Below are positions 29,975 to 40,261 of a stretch of DNA of 64,000 nucleotides, one piece after another (position 1 is the stretch's first letter; every line of letters begins with the position of its first letter). A program made the translations under genes and the position numbers. The notes under the pieces were generated by a model. That model worked only from the letters and a program-made list of their open reading frames with translations. It had not been told where the DNA came from and ran no database searches. Source of the stretch: an uncultured Bacteroidales bacterium (GTDB taxonomy: Bacteria > Bacteroidota > Bacteroidia > Bacteroidales > Muribaculaceae). The DNA is taken from positions 5,264-69,263 of the forward strand of contig UQDU01000007.1 in assembly GCA_900539915.1 (NCBI GenBank), read 5' to 3'.

Positions 29975-31156
29975 ATGTTCTCCTGGTTCCGCTCAGTCTA
30001 TCTCGTATGCCGCCGTGAATTCCGCCTGGTGTTCACCGATCCCGGTGTGATGCTTTTCTTCCTCTTCCTGCCCACGGTCTATCCCGTCATATACACGCTT
30101 ATATATAACCCCGAGGTGGTCCGCGAGACCCCGGTGGCAGTCGTCGACAACTCGCGCACCGCCGCCTCGCGCCGGCTTGCGCGTTCCGTCGACGCGCTCC
30201 CCTCGGCACGTGTAGCCGGCTATGCCTCCTCGCTCAGCGAGGCCCGGGAGTGGTGCGCGTCCCATGACTGCTACGCCGTCATAGAGATACCGCGTGACTA
30301 TGACCGCCGCATAGGCCGCTCCGAACAGGCCGTGGTCAGCTTCTACTGCGATGCCTCCCTGCTGCTGCGCTACCGCGCCCTGCTGCTCGACCTCACCCAG
30401 CTCCAGATAGCCTTCGACGCCGACATCCGTCAGCAAGCCATCGACATCATAGGCGAGCCGGCCTATGCCGCCATGGGCACATCCTCCACCGTAGGCACCA
30501 ACCCCGTCTTTATCGGCGACACCTCGCAGGGCTTCGCCTCCTTCGTCATCCCCGGCATCCTGATGCTCATCATCCAGCAGAGCCTCATCCTCGGCATCAC
30601 CATGCTCGCCGGCGGCAGGGCAGAGCGCCGCCGTGCCCACGGCGGCGTGGACCCCCTCGGAGTCGCCGCCGGACCCATGGCCACCATCACAGGCCGACTG
30701 ATCTGCTACCTGCTCATCTACCTCCCCATGGTCATCTACGACGTGCTCTGGATACCCAACATGTTCGCCCTCCCCGACTCGGGCAGCTTCATCGACTACA
30801 TGCTCTTCCTCCTGCCCCTGCTCGTCAGCTCGTGCATGCTCGGCATGACCCTCGAAGTGTTCGTCACCGAGCGCGAGACCTCCCTCCTCGTCATCGTCTT
30901 CACCAGCGTAGTGTTCCTCTTCCTGACAGGCCTCACATGGCCCCTCTACGCCATCAGCGGCTTCTGGCGCGCCCTCGCCTCACTCGTCCCGGCCACCTGG
31001 GGCATCCAGGGCTTCGTCCGCCTCCTCTCCGACGGCTCCTCCCTCGCCGCCGTAGCCACCCCCTACATCTACATGTGGCTCCTCGCCGCCCTCTACGCCC
31101 TCACCGCCTGGCTCCTCCACCGCGCCTACAAGCCCGGCCGCCTAATCCGCGCATAA
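29975..31156 (+). CDS. ABC-2-type transporter permease (paralogue of the upstream gene)
   Basis: 393 aa with the same architecture. There is no ATPase gene in the operon. Confidence 0.75.
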   Translation: MFSWFRSVYLVCRREFRLVFTDPGVMLFFLFLPTVYPVIYTLIYNPEVVRETPVAVVDNSRTAASRRLARSVDALPSARVAGYASSLSEAREWCASHDCYAVIEIPRDYDRRIGRSEQAVVSFYCDASLLLRYRALLLDLTQLQIAFDADIRQQAIDIIGEPAYAAMGTSSTVGTNPVFIGDTSQGFASFVIPGILMLIIQQSLILGITMLAGGRAERRRAHGGVDPLGVAAGPMATITGRLICYLLIYLPMVIYDVLWIPNMFALPDSGSFIDYMLFLLPLLVSSCMLGMTLEVFVTERETSLLVIVFTSVVFLFLTGLTWPLYAISGFWRALASLVPATWGIQGFVRLLSDGSSLAAVATPYIYMWLLAALYALTAWLLHRAYKPGRLIRA

Positions 31157-31168
31157 CCGCGCCTAACT

Positions 31169-31254
31169 TCGTATAATTCTTATAATTCGTATAATTCTTA
31201 TAAGACTTATAAGATTTATAAGAATTTATAAGATTTATCCCCCCGGATTACCCC
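31169..31254. repeat. CTTATAAG-type tandem repeat array (family C), about 8 units ending GATTTATCCCCCC
   Basis: CGTATAATTCTTATAATTCGTATAATTCTTATAAGACTTATAAGATTTATAAGAATTTATAAGATTTATCCCCCC. Confidence 0.75.
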
Positions 31255-31360
31255 TCAGATTTATTTTTTACATCAGAGGCATCAGATTTTCCATCCTTGA
31301 TGCCATCTGATTCGGATATTATCATTATCTTGGCCCCATCACCTCCCAAACCACATCATT

Positions 31361-31927
31361 ATGGAGCCGATGAAGCAGTTTCTGAAGATTTCGGGCGACT
31401 ACACCAACTGGAATGTCTATCGCAAGTCGCTTATCGTCTGCGATGTCACCGAGATGTTCATCCGCCGCTATTCGCTGCGGCTGACGCGCACCGCTGACCA
31501 GATGCGCCAGGCAGCCCGCTCCTGCAAGCAGAACCTTGTGGAAGGCATCACCGATGCCACCGTATCGCTGGAGATGGGCATACGCCTTGTGGGCATCGCG
31601 CGAGGGTCGGCACGTGAGCTGCTTGAGGACTATGGCGACTACCTGCGCCAAAACAGGCTCGTGACATGGGGCAGCTCCGACATCCGTACCCTGCAAGCCC
31701 GATACTACTGCCGCCTCTATGACGACCCGGCGCAATTCGTCGGCAAATGCACCCTGCGCACCGATGAAACCGTAGCCAACATCATGCTTACCCAGCTGCA
31801 TCAGCTCGACCACATGCTTGGAGCCGTCCTCCGCAAGATGGAGGAAGCCTTCATCAGCCAGGGCGGCATCAAAGAACAGATGTCGCAGGTGCGACGCGAC
31901 TGGCGCCGCCGCAACGGCGGCCAGTGA
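31361..31927 (+). CDS. four-helix-bundle protein (23S rRNA intervening-sequence-protein-like) with C-terminal extension
   Basis: 188 aa. The IARGSARELLEDYGDYL segment resembles the conserved ARGS-AEL core of four-helix-bundle proteins. It is an isolated gene flanked by repeats. Confidence 0.45.
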   Translation: MEPMKQFLKISGDYTNWNVYRKSLIVCDVTEMFIRRYSLRLTRTADQMRQAARSCKQNLVEGITDATVSLEMGIRLVGIARGSARELLEDYGDYLRQNRLVTWGSSDIRTLQARYYCRLYDDPAQFVGKCTLRTDETVANIMLTQLHQLDHMLGAVLRKMEEAFISQGGIKEQMSQVRRDWRRRNGGQ

Positions 31928-32450
31928 CCTCCGCGATAGAATCTCCCCACCCCCTCCGCGCCCCAATTCGGTTAATTTCTGTTAAATATCTTTAACCGCT
32001 GGCTGGATATTATAACACTTATAGCCACTTTTTGTATATTTGTAGGTGCAATCCTGTGCTAAATTTTGGGATAATCGGGGATATTTATAACTTGATAATG
32101 ACGGCAATCCGTGGCTGTGGGTCTGGGGCCGTCGCCGCTGATTCCATTTTTGCCGCACCGGAGAGCGCACCGCTTATCGGTGCTTCTTTTTATGTAAAAG
32201 CCTATAGCTCAATCACTTATATATTTTAACCATTAAATTATATTTGCACGTTAATCATCTAAATCACTTCTTAATCATCCTCTGCTAAATAATTCATGGC
32301 CGCCACCGTCGCTGCATGCAGCGGCACCGGCCGGCCGACCGTCCCCCTTCCGTGGGGCGGATCTCTCCATCCGAATCATGTCCCTGCCGCACTGCGGCCC
32401 CGGGAGTCCACACCTGAGGACGCGCCATCACCTCTCCCCGGCACCCCCGA

Positions 32451-32474
32451 GATAAGTATAAGCCTTATCCCCCC
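32451..32474. repeat. partial family-C unit (GATAAGTATAAGCCTTATCCCCCC)
   Basis: Carries the same TTATCCCC terminus. It lies about 90 bp upstream of the start of the very large gene. Confidence 0.5.
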
Positions 32475-32563
32475 GAAGCGAGGACCCCTGAAATCTCATA
32501 AAAATCAATCAAAAAAACAATCAATCAAACAAACCAATTAACTAACAATAAAACCAACTCATT

Positions 32564-35500
32564 ATGAAGAAATTTCTTACATTCTTCGCTATGATGTTTG
32601 CGTTGCTTGGTTTCTCCCCGGCTATCCATGCCGACTGGACTTTCTATGTGGATACCAGTAATAATGGGTGGTCAGATGCCTACATCCAAGTTGGTAATGA
32701 CACCGCATGGTACAGTGATTACCATGGAAATGTTGTGCCAAATACTAATGGCAAGGTGTATAAATTTTACGTACAGGGATGGAGTGATCTGACTAGGATT
32801 CATTTTGCTCCAACGCCAGGGCATTTAACGCAAAAAACAGATGGTACAAATGGTAACGGGTCATATACAATAGGCAATCCCGAAAATTTATGGAAAGCTG
32901 TCAATAACCGTTGCTATGTGCTTAATTCCGGCAATGGCTCATCTAGTTGTAGAGATAACTATACACCCCCGACTCTTCCGTACATCTTCATCGACGGTGC
33001 TTCGCATCCGTTTGAGGCGGAAGGCTCTAATTGGGTCTATAAAATAGATGCCTCTACAGCGGCTAAAGAGTTCCGTCTCCAGAAGGATGACAATACGACT
33101 GCGCTTGGTACTAATGTCTCTAGTGTGGCTCTTGTCCCAAATGGATGTGGATACACTGCAACGACCAATATCAGCTCTTATACTTCGACGTCACTCAGCC
33201 TTTATGGTAATTTCTCGGGGCGACTTACAGTAGATGCAGGTTACGTATATACGTTGACCATCAATAGCGGTCTGTCGCAGTTGACCATGTCAAAGACTGA
33301 GACTAAGCCGGCTACTCCCGTGCTTCCTCCAACCGCCACTGACAACAAGATTGTCATTCCGGCAGTTTCAGGTGCTCAGATTTACTATACCGAGACCACT
33401 GAGGGAGACCCCTCTACTTCCACATGGACTCCGTATCCTGAAGGTGGTATCCCCGTCGAGAACCACCATATGACCATCCGTGCGGCTGCTTACAAAGCAG
33501 AACTCGGAGATAAGGCTTGGTCAGATGTGACTGTCCAAAAAACCTATGCCTACGTCGTTAATGTGGTACCCAACATTGAGATCGATGTCCACACAGGTAT
33601 AGCAACCATCACGGCTGACCTCAGCAAGATTCCTGCCAGCGCCAACGCTAAGATACTCTACTCTTGCGGTCCTGCCGCTCCCGGCAAGGTATATAGCGCC
33701 CCTGTTGACATGGCTACCGAGTGCACTGTCGAAGGCGCTACCCGCTATCCCATCAAGGCCCTCGTGCGTGCATGGGGTGGAGGCGATGACTATACCACTA
33801 AAGTAGAAAACCAGACCATCGACTCCGACGTCCGCAACGCCCAGTGGGTTGGCCCGGCTGCCGTACGCCGTATATGCCTCTGGAGCTATAGCGAGGACGG
33901 CAATCCCGTGAAGCTCGACGAGTTCTCCAAGCAGGCCGACGGCTCTTACACCCTGTCATATTCGCCCGTAAGCGGCACCGACAGCAGCAAGGCAAACCAG
34001 CGCTATTTCATCCGCGTGGTGATGAACCATGACGAGCCTAATGATGTCGTATCTGACACCGGTGGCACATTCTACTCTCTCTCCACTGAGACCAATGGCG
34101 TAACGACTGTTGCATCAGGCGTGGAGAGCATAGGTTACCACAACTTTACTCCCTCGGCCTCTGACGCGCGCGGCATGTTCTTCGCCGGCACAGACCGTGA
34201 CCTCGTCAACCTGACCCTCAAAGGTGAGCTGACAGAATACACCCTCCCCAGCAGCACCACCAAGTGCAAGCGTTTCGTTCCCGAAAGCATACTCCCCACG
34301 TGGGTAGCCGATGCCAGCATCAAGTCGGTAGAGCTCCGCGATGCCAACAACAATCTGCTCTGTACACTTACCCAGAATACCGGCACAGGAGAAACCAACT
34401 ACTGGACCGGCATCACTACCGTGGCTCTGCCTAAGGCTGCTGACAATAGTAAGGATGAGAAATTCCATTTTGTAGCTGAGACCAAGGACGGTACGAAGTA
34501 TTATTCTCTTGGCACAGACAGCAACTATTGGCTCTCTTACGGCCGATATGATGAGACTACAAGTCCTAAGCCTTCTACATCATCATCATCTGGCTATTAC
34601 TTCTGCGTGAAAGAGACCTCTGCTATCGCCCAGGTGGCTATCGCTTTTGACGGCACCACTGCTTCCAAGATTTCCATCTCTCCCTATACCGATACCAAGA
34701 AGATGGATATCTCAGGCGATCCCCAAGCTCCTGCCATATACGGCTACGGCTCTGAGGTAGGTTCGTGGGACAATGCCCGCGAGTTCAACCAGTCGCCTAC
34801 TCTCGACGGATGGGTGTACACTTTCATCGCCACACAGTCTACCGGCGAATTCCTTATCCGTGGTTCCAAGAACCATCTCTATGCTCCGATAGGTCTTGGA
34901 TTTGATTCGCCCACCAACGTATGGCGTCAGGTGCCCGACTCCTATACCGATGCCGCCAGCAAGAAGCGTGCCGCAGCCAAGATTTCAGGCCTGCAGGTAG
35001 GCGCTCGTTACCGCTTCATCCTCCAGGATGTAGGCGGACAGGTGCAGATCTCCATCGAGGCTCTTCCCGAGTCTGTGCGTTCTATCAAGAAGGCCGAACT
35101 CTATTCCTATGTTAGTGGCACATCGACCAAACTCCTTGACATGGCTTATGACAAGGAAATGGATGTATGGAACACCGTAGGCACCTATCATTGGGACGGC
35201 AACCTTGGCGGTGAGGATGATACCACCAGCCCGCGCCTCTATGTCAAGTACTACGTCGGCTATGAGAATGACCAGCCTGAGGAGTATTCGGTCCGCTATG
35301 TAGGATGGACCGAAACATCGTCAGACTATACCCTCCAGTCTACCTCACAGTATTCTAACAAGCCCGTCACTTTCACCAGTCTTGAAGAAGATGCTCTCAA
35401 GACTTTCAAGGTGCGTCCTTCAGGTAAATACTATGTGCAGGTGGCTTTTGACAAGTCTAACCTGAAAGCAGGCTGGATCGGCATGTCTACAAGCATGCTC

Positions 35501-38500
35501 GCACCCTCGATATATCCCGAAGTGGAGACCAAGTCGTGGTCGCTCTCTGACGAAAATGTCATGAAGACCAACGAGCACAAGTACTTCTACATGTCGGCTC
35601 TTCAGAACGATAACCGCCTCTCACCCGAGTGGGAGCTTATCAAGCAAGCCGACGGCAAGTATGTGCTTGACAACTTCGTAGTCATCCCCGGTGCTGAGTT
35701 CCGCATCCGTGAGGTCTACAAGAAATCCAATGGCAAATTTGAGGTGCATGACTGGGGCTATGACAACGTCAACGATGTCAAAGCTGCGGCTTTCGGCCTC
35801 ACATCAGATACACAGGCTGCTGCCGACTCCAAACCCTCGGCTGACTTTGCCATCTCGACTGACAAGAGTCGCGGTATCTTCTGGAACATTGGAGCTACCA
35901 TGGTGCGTCTGGAATTTGATCCTTCCGCATCGGCTCCTCTTAAAGCCATCATCGACTTCTCTTATCCCTCCACCCTCAAGCAGGCTCCCAAGCCCGGCTT
36001 CCCCTGGGTGGGTCTGACCTCGTCTAACATCACGGCTGCGTCAGGCACCAACCAGACCTACAGCTACGCCGGAGACCTTGGTATCGCTCTGGGCACTGAC
36101 GGCCTGACACAGGAAACGCTTGATAAGATGGGCATGACTGTAGCTGAACTCAACGGAGCGTTTACCAATGCCTTTATCCAGTGGACTACGGACGGTAAGC
36201 CCTATGTCTATGACGGCCACGTGAACGAGATAGCTGAAAACACCAATACGGAGGTTTACTATATCCCTGGAAAGCCAGAAGAAGTGCTTTTCGCTACCAC
36301 CAAGAAGCCTCAGGCCGGCCAGGTGATGAGCTCTACCATCTTGCCTCCCCGTGTATCTCCGCAGTTACATATGACCACCGTCCGCGGTGTCGCTACGCCG
36401 TCGGCCGAGTCGCTGACTTTCACCTACCACGGTGTCACTACACCCAAGGATGACCCCAGCATCGTGCTGTCGCAAAATGGTACTTCCGTTGATGAAAATA
36501 CCCGTTTCGCAGTCTACGAAATCCAGAATGTCGAGCTTCAGGGTATGTTCAAGGTGTTTACCGGTTATGGTGCCCGTCAGTATGGCAAGACGACCAACGG
36601 ACTCTCTTGGTATGCCAACTGGGGTGTAGGCTCAGCTACTGACGGTCAGGGTTATGCTTTCCAGGAAATTACTAAGACATCACAGCTTCCGCTCAACGGC
36701 GGCGGTGCCCTTACCAAATCTGACGGCACTGCCGAACGTGGATATGACGACAAGACCTACGAGGATAAAGGTCCTTGGAACTATTACGAGCGACAGGATA
36801 ATGCCGCCGGCAACTACTTCCTGCTCGCTGACCGCAAGTATGTGCCCTCGCTTAAGTTCTATCTCGCTCTGGATTGTGACTATCCGACGAACCGTAACAA
36901 GTTCCATAACCGCTATACCAAAAGCGGACGTGGCGACTTTAACGACTACTACAATGTGGGCCGCAACTACTCATGGCTTAGCGTTAACCTGACAGCCGAG
37001 CGACCCATCATCACTCTTGACAAAGTCGGAGCCAACACAGGCCATGTGCGTTACTGGCTTAACGAGGACAAGGACGAAACCAAACCCGTGGTAAAATCGT
37101 TCCGTACACTGTTTGTGCGTATCCCCGACGAACATTTGGCTGACTGGGACTTCGAACCCACCACATGTCCTGTCAAGTGGGACACCGCTAATAACAAAGC
37201 CGTGCTTGTCAAGGACGGCACAGAGATTGACATCACAAGCTCTACATATGGCGGTGAGTTCCACCAGAATGTCAACCAGCGTTGGATCGAACCGACTACC
37301 TATGACCGTGCCAACCTCCCTGCAGGTACCTACGTGGCCTACATCTATGATGTGGACTATGACACATCCGACGGTGAGTATGACATCAAGGATACCGACC
37401 TCTGGAACACTTCGCGCCGTATCCGCGTGTTTGCAGTGCCTCAGGGCACAGTGCGCGGCTGGCAGCGTGTAGGTGCTCGTGATGATAAGAAGGTCTACCA
37501 TCCCATCATCCGTGTAGCTCCCGATGTGTCTGCGGTTATTGCCAACCTCGATGGTGAAGCAACCATTGATAAGGTCAGCGCAACTGTGACTGTGACCAAC
37601 ATCGGCCCCAATACCCATTTCTGGGATGTCAACGGCAACCCCCTCCCCGGTGGAGAACATTGGGGTGCTGAGGCAGCCGATAAGAGTGGCATATATGTAA
37701 CTTGGGGTAACCAGTACCATGCTGCTACAGAAACCGAGCCTGAACAGGAGGGTGTAGCCACAGTGCACTATCCCGCAGGCTACTTCTCGGCTGACCGTCA
37801 GAATGCTGCTAACTTCGACGTATGTGACACCCGCATCAACTTCATGACCAATCTGGCTATCCAGACTCAGATTGAAGGCGGTGTACCCTCTACCCCCTAT
37901 GATGTGGATGTGTTTACATACATGCCGGCCGGCAAGCTCTATGGTAAGCTCGTGCCTCGCAAGCAAGGCGATTCGTTCAACTATCTTGCAGTCACCGCTG
38001 AGGATGGACTCCCGGCTGACGAAGATCAGGATGATTATGCACGTATCCGCTATGTCGACAAAAACGACGATAATGCTATCTGCTACATTGCCAATGTACA
38101 GCACTCCGACGTGACCGCTAAGGTATGGTATGTGTCTCCGACAGGTGAAAATATAGAACTCTTCACCACTCCGCTTGACATGAAGTCTAATCCCAAGGAC
38201 CTCTCATCGGAGAACCATGGAGTCTACACTGCCAAGCGTCTCAAGATTGGCGGTATCCCCTATGTGGCCGATACCGATACCGATATCGACGAAACTCCGC
38301 TGAGCGTACGTAAGAAGCAGACAGCCGACTTTATAGTTGAGCTGACATACACTACCGGCGGATTTGAACCGTGGCAGTCTCGTCAGATTCCGACGTCGCT
38401 TAGTCTTGATGCCGAACTCCTGACCTCTCCGCGTCAGGGTCTCCGTGACGTGCTCACACAGGAAGATGCTGATAATCGTAAGGTAGATGGCTCAGGTGTA

Positions 38501-40195
38501 GCCAAGGACGTTACCGCTGTCAGCGAATCGTTCATCGAGAACTACGGCGGTCTATTCACCAACATCGAGGATGCCCATGTGGCTCTCCACGCTGTGCCTA
38601 AGAACGATGCTCTCGTCGGTCACAACAGCCTCCGCCAGTGGTACATGGATCATGGCGACAAGTTTGCCGACGGCACTGTCAATCCTTTCAACCCCAACAG
38701 CCATCTTGCCGTAGGTAATGCAAAGGCTGACGGCACCACTTACAGCACTCCTGAAGAGGTGCACCCGATGCTCCGCAGTGCGAACCCCGTTGCATCTACT
38801 GATGGCTTCCGTAACGACTCCGAGCTTAACAACGCATGGTGGAACCACAATGCCCTTGTTGCTCCCGAGTTCCACACGGCTGACCAGATCAAGGGTACTC
38901 TTACTATCGAGGGCGGTAAAGTCACAGACTTTACTCCCGGTGCCAACAAGCCTAAGAACCATCGCTCATTCTGGGCCGGTGTCAAGGTTGACAACAATGA
39001 TGCCTACAAGAAGTGGGAAGGCGGTTATATCCTCAAAGCTCCTGAAGGTTTTGACGTGGATATCCGCGATCCGAAGCACGGCTACTATGGCCAGAGCAAC
39101 CACTTCTCCAAGAAGCGTAGTGGATTCTACCACGGCGAGATGCCTCTTAATCTCAACGATATTGTCGCCGTGTTAGGTAAAGGTCAGGGTGCCGGATCGG
39201 ATGCTTTCGTCGCTGATGACCGTACAGGTCTCTATGTCGATGCTCAGGCTGTGTATGACAAAGCGAAAGAATTCCATCCTTACGACGTGGCTATCACTGA
39301 AGCTGTCAATGAAGGACAGAGCTCTGTAACTGTGGCTGGTGTGACATATCCGATCAACTGGAACACGGATTACATCTGGGACTACGATCCTATATATGCC
39401 ATCCGCGAGCAGGTCGCTTTTGAAGCAGCCGATGGAGCTGAGGCTCCTGCCGATGCCCTGTTTGAAGCAGCCGGACATATGTTCTTCAAGGTGCGCCACG
39501 TCAACCATGAATCATGGTTTGTACCCGGTGCCAATGTGGCCGAAGGCGATCTCAAGACCCAGCCTCTCTGGCCTGCCTTCAAGGATATAGCTGGTTTCCC
39601 GGCTTCCGGCTCAGCCAAGGAGAAGGACGAATTCGTAATGAATCAGCTGCGTATGAACTTCAGTGACTACTGTCCGCTGGTCTACGACGTACGCTACACC
39701 TATCCGTTCCTGACCTCTGATCAGTATGTGACAGCCGAGAACTACAAGGCTCCCGAGACCAATGCCCGTGCACGCAAGGCTCGTTCTGCCGAGTATTCAT
39801 CTATCTCTGATGCGATGAATGCAGCGCAGACCGCTAAGGAGACTGCTCCCGGTGTGGTTACCGATATCGTAGCCCGTGACAAGGGCCGTGTATCGTTCTT
39901 CGGTGCCTCTGAGCCCAGTAAGGTAGTCCCCACCGCCATCAGCGATGTCAACGACGATATCCGTGGCAAGGGATTCAGCATCGTCTACAACCGTGCAGCA
40001 GGCACTGTCACAGTCAAGGCCGAAGGCAAGAAGCTGGAGAATGCCGCTGTATATGACGCTACGGGTGCTTCGCTCGTTGCCGGCGCTTACGCTGACCGCA
40101 TCGACGAGAACACCATCGTGCTTGATGTACGTAACATCGCTCGCGGTGCCTACGTGGTAGGTACCAACCTCGGCGGTGCCAAGTTCATGAAATAA
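32564..40195 (+). CDS. very large (2543 aa) secreted protein with signal peptide and T9SS (Por) C-terminal sorting domain; T9SS cargo of unknown function
   Basis: N-terminal signal peptide (MKKFLTFFAMMFALLGFSPAIHA). The last about 80 aa match the Por_Secre_tail pattern (ENAAVYDATGASLV...IVLDVRNIARGAYVVGTNLGGAKFMK*). The single ORF is uninterrupted and very rich in Thr, Ser, Asp, Gly, Tyr and Trp. Confidence 0.75.
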   Translation: MKKFLTFFAMMFALLGFSPAIHADWTFYVDTSNNGWSDAYIQVGNDTAWYSDYHGNVVPNTNGKVYKFYVQGWSDLTRIHFAPTPGHLTQKTDGTNGNGSYTIGNPENLWKAVNNRCYVLNSGNGSSSCRDNYTPPTLPYIFIDGASHPFEAEGSNWVYKIDASTAAKEFRLQKDDNTTALGTNVSSVALVPNGCGYTATTNISSYTSTSLSLYGNFSGRLTVDAGYVYTLTINSGLSQLTMSKTETKPATPVLPPTATDNKIVIPAVSGAQIYYTETTEGDPSTSTWTPYPEGGIPVENHHMTIRAAAYKAELGDKAWSDVTVQKTYAYVVNVVPNIEIDVHTGIATITADLSKIPASANAKILYSCGPAAPGKVYSAPVDMATECTVEGATRYPIKALVRAWGGGDDYTTKVENQTIDSDVRNAQWVGPAAVRRICLWSYSEDGNPVKLDEFSKQADGSYTLSYSPVSGTDSSKANQRYFIRVVMNHDEPNDVVSDTGGTFYSLSTETNGVTTVASGVESIGYHNFTPSASDARGMFFAGTDRDLVNLTLKGELTEYTLPSSTTKCKRFVPESILPTWVADASIKSVELRDANNNLLCTLTQNTGTGETNYWTGITTVALPKAADNSKDEKFHFVAETKDGTKYYSLGTDSNYWLSYGRYDETTSPKPSTSSSSGYYFCVKETSAIAQVAIAFDGTTASKISISPYTDTKKMDISGDPQAPAIYGYGSEVGSWDNAREFNQSPTLDGWVYTFIATQSTGEFLIRGSKNHLYAPIGLGFDSPTNVWRQVPDSYTDAASKKRAAAKISGLQVGARYRFILQDVGGQVQISIEALPESVRSIKKAELYSYVSGTSTKLLDMAYDKEMDVWNTVGTYHWDGNLGGEDDTTSPRLYVKYYVGYENDQPEEYSVRYVGWTETSSDYTLQSTSQYSNKPVTFTSLEEDALKTFKVRPSGKYYVQVAFDKSNLKAGWIGMSTSMLAPSIYPEVETKSWSLSDENVMKTNEHKYFYMSALQNDNRLSPEWELIKQADGKYVLDNFVVIPGAEFRIREVYKKSNGKFEVHDWGYDNVNDVKAAAFGLTSDTQAAADSKPSADFAISTDKSRGIFWNIGATMVRLEFDPSASAPLKAIIDFSYPSTLKQAPKPGFPWVGLTSSNITAASGTNQTYSYAGDLGIALGTDGLTQETLDKMGMTVAELNGAFTNAFIQWTTDGKPYVYDGHVNEIAENTNTEVYYIPGKPEEVLFATTKKPQAGQVMSSTILPPRVSPQLHMTTVRGVATPSAESLTFTYHGVTTPKDDPSIVLSQNGTSVDENTRFAVYEIQNVELQGMFKVFTGYGARQYGKTTNGLSWYANWGVGSATDGQGYAFQEITKTSQLPLNGGGALTKSDGTAERGYDDKTYEDKGPWNYYERQDNAAGNYFLLADRKYVPSLKFYLALDCDYPTNRNKFHNRYTKSGRGDFNDYYNVGRNYSWLSVNLTAERPIITLDKVGANTGHVRYWLNEDKDETKPVVKSFRTLFVRIPDEHLADWDFEPTTCPVKWDTANNKAVLVKDGTEIDITSSTYGGEFHQNVNQRWIEPTTYDRANLPAGTYVAYIYDVDYDTSDGEYDIKDTDLWNTSRRIRVFAVPQGTVRGWQRVGARDDKKVYHPIIRVAPDVSAVIANLDGEATIDKVSATVTVTNIGPNTHFWDVNGNPLPGGEHWGAEAADKSGIYVTWGNQYHAATETEPEQEGVATVHYPAGYFSADRQNAANFDVCDTRINFMTNLAIQTQIEGGVPSTPYDVDVFTYMPAGKLYGKLVPRKQGDSFNYLAVTAEDGLPADEDQDDYARIRYVDKNDDNAICYIANVQHSDVTAKVWYVSPTGENIELFTTPLDMKSNPKDLSSENHGVYTAKRLKIGGIPYVADTDTDIDETPLSVRKKQTADFIVELTYTTGGFEPWQSRQIPTSLSLDAELLTSPRQGLRDVLTQEDADNRKVDGSGVAKDVTAVSESFIENYGGLFTNIEDAHVALHAVPKNDALVGHNSLRQWYMDHGDKFADGTVNPFNPNSHLAVGNAKADGTTYSTPEEVHPMLRSANPVASTDGFRNDSELNNAWWNHNALVAPEFHTADQIKGTLTIEGGKVTDFTPGANKPKNHRSFWAGVKVDNNDAYKKWEGGYILKAPEGFDVDIRDPKHGYYGQSNHFSKKRSGFYHGEMPLNLNDIVAVLGKGQGAGSDAFVADDRTGLYVDAQAVYDKAKEFHPYDVAITEAVNEGQSSVTVAGVTYPINWNTDYIWDYDPIYAIREQVAFEAADGAEAPADALFEAAGHMFFKVRHVNHESWFVPGANVAEGDLKTQPLWPAFKDIAGFPASGSAKEKDEFVMNQLRMNFSDYCPLVYDVRYTYPFLTSDQYVTAENYKAPETNARARKARSAEYSSISDAMNAAQTAKETAPGVVTDIVARDKGRVSFFGASEPSKVVPTAISDVNDDIRGKGFSIVYNRAAGTVTVKAEGKKLENAAVYDATGASLVAGAYADRIDENTIVLDVRNIARGAYVVGTNLGGAKFMK

Positions 40196-40200
40196 TCCTC

Positions 40201-40250
40201 AGGCCCGGCATGCCGGTGACATGTAGCTGACATGCCGGGCCTTAGATTAT
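40201..40250 (+). terminator. GC-rich hairpin downstream of the very large gene
   Basis: AGGCCCGGCATGCCGG-loop-CATGCCGGGCCT. The T-tract is weak, as is usual in Bacteroidetes. Confidence 0.45.
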
Positions 40251-40261
40251 ATGATATGTAT

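Noticed and set aside
29258-30640. Minus-strand ORFs (224 aa and 215 aa) and Pro-rich plus-strand ORFs inside the ABC-2 permease genes
   Set aside because: Overlap well-supported membrane-protein genes. The translations are low-complexity (Glu/Gly/Asp or Pro/Arg runs).
36971-38104. 377-aa minus-strand ORF inside the very large T9SS cargo gene
   Set aside because: Antisense within a continuous 7.6-kb ORF. It has no signal or domain features.
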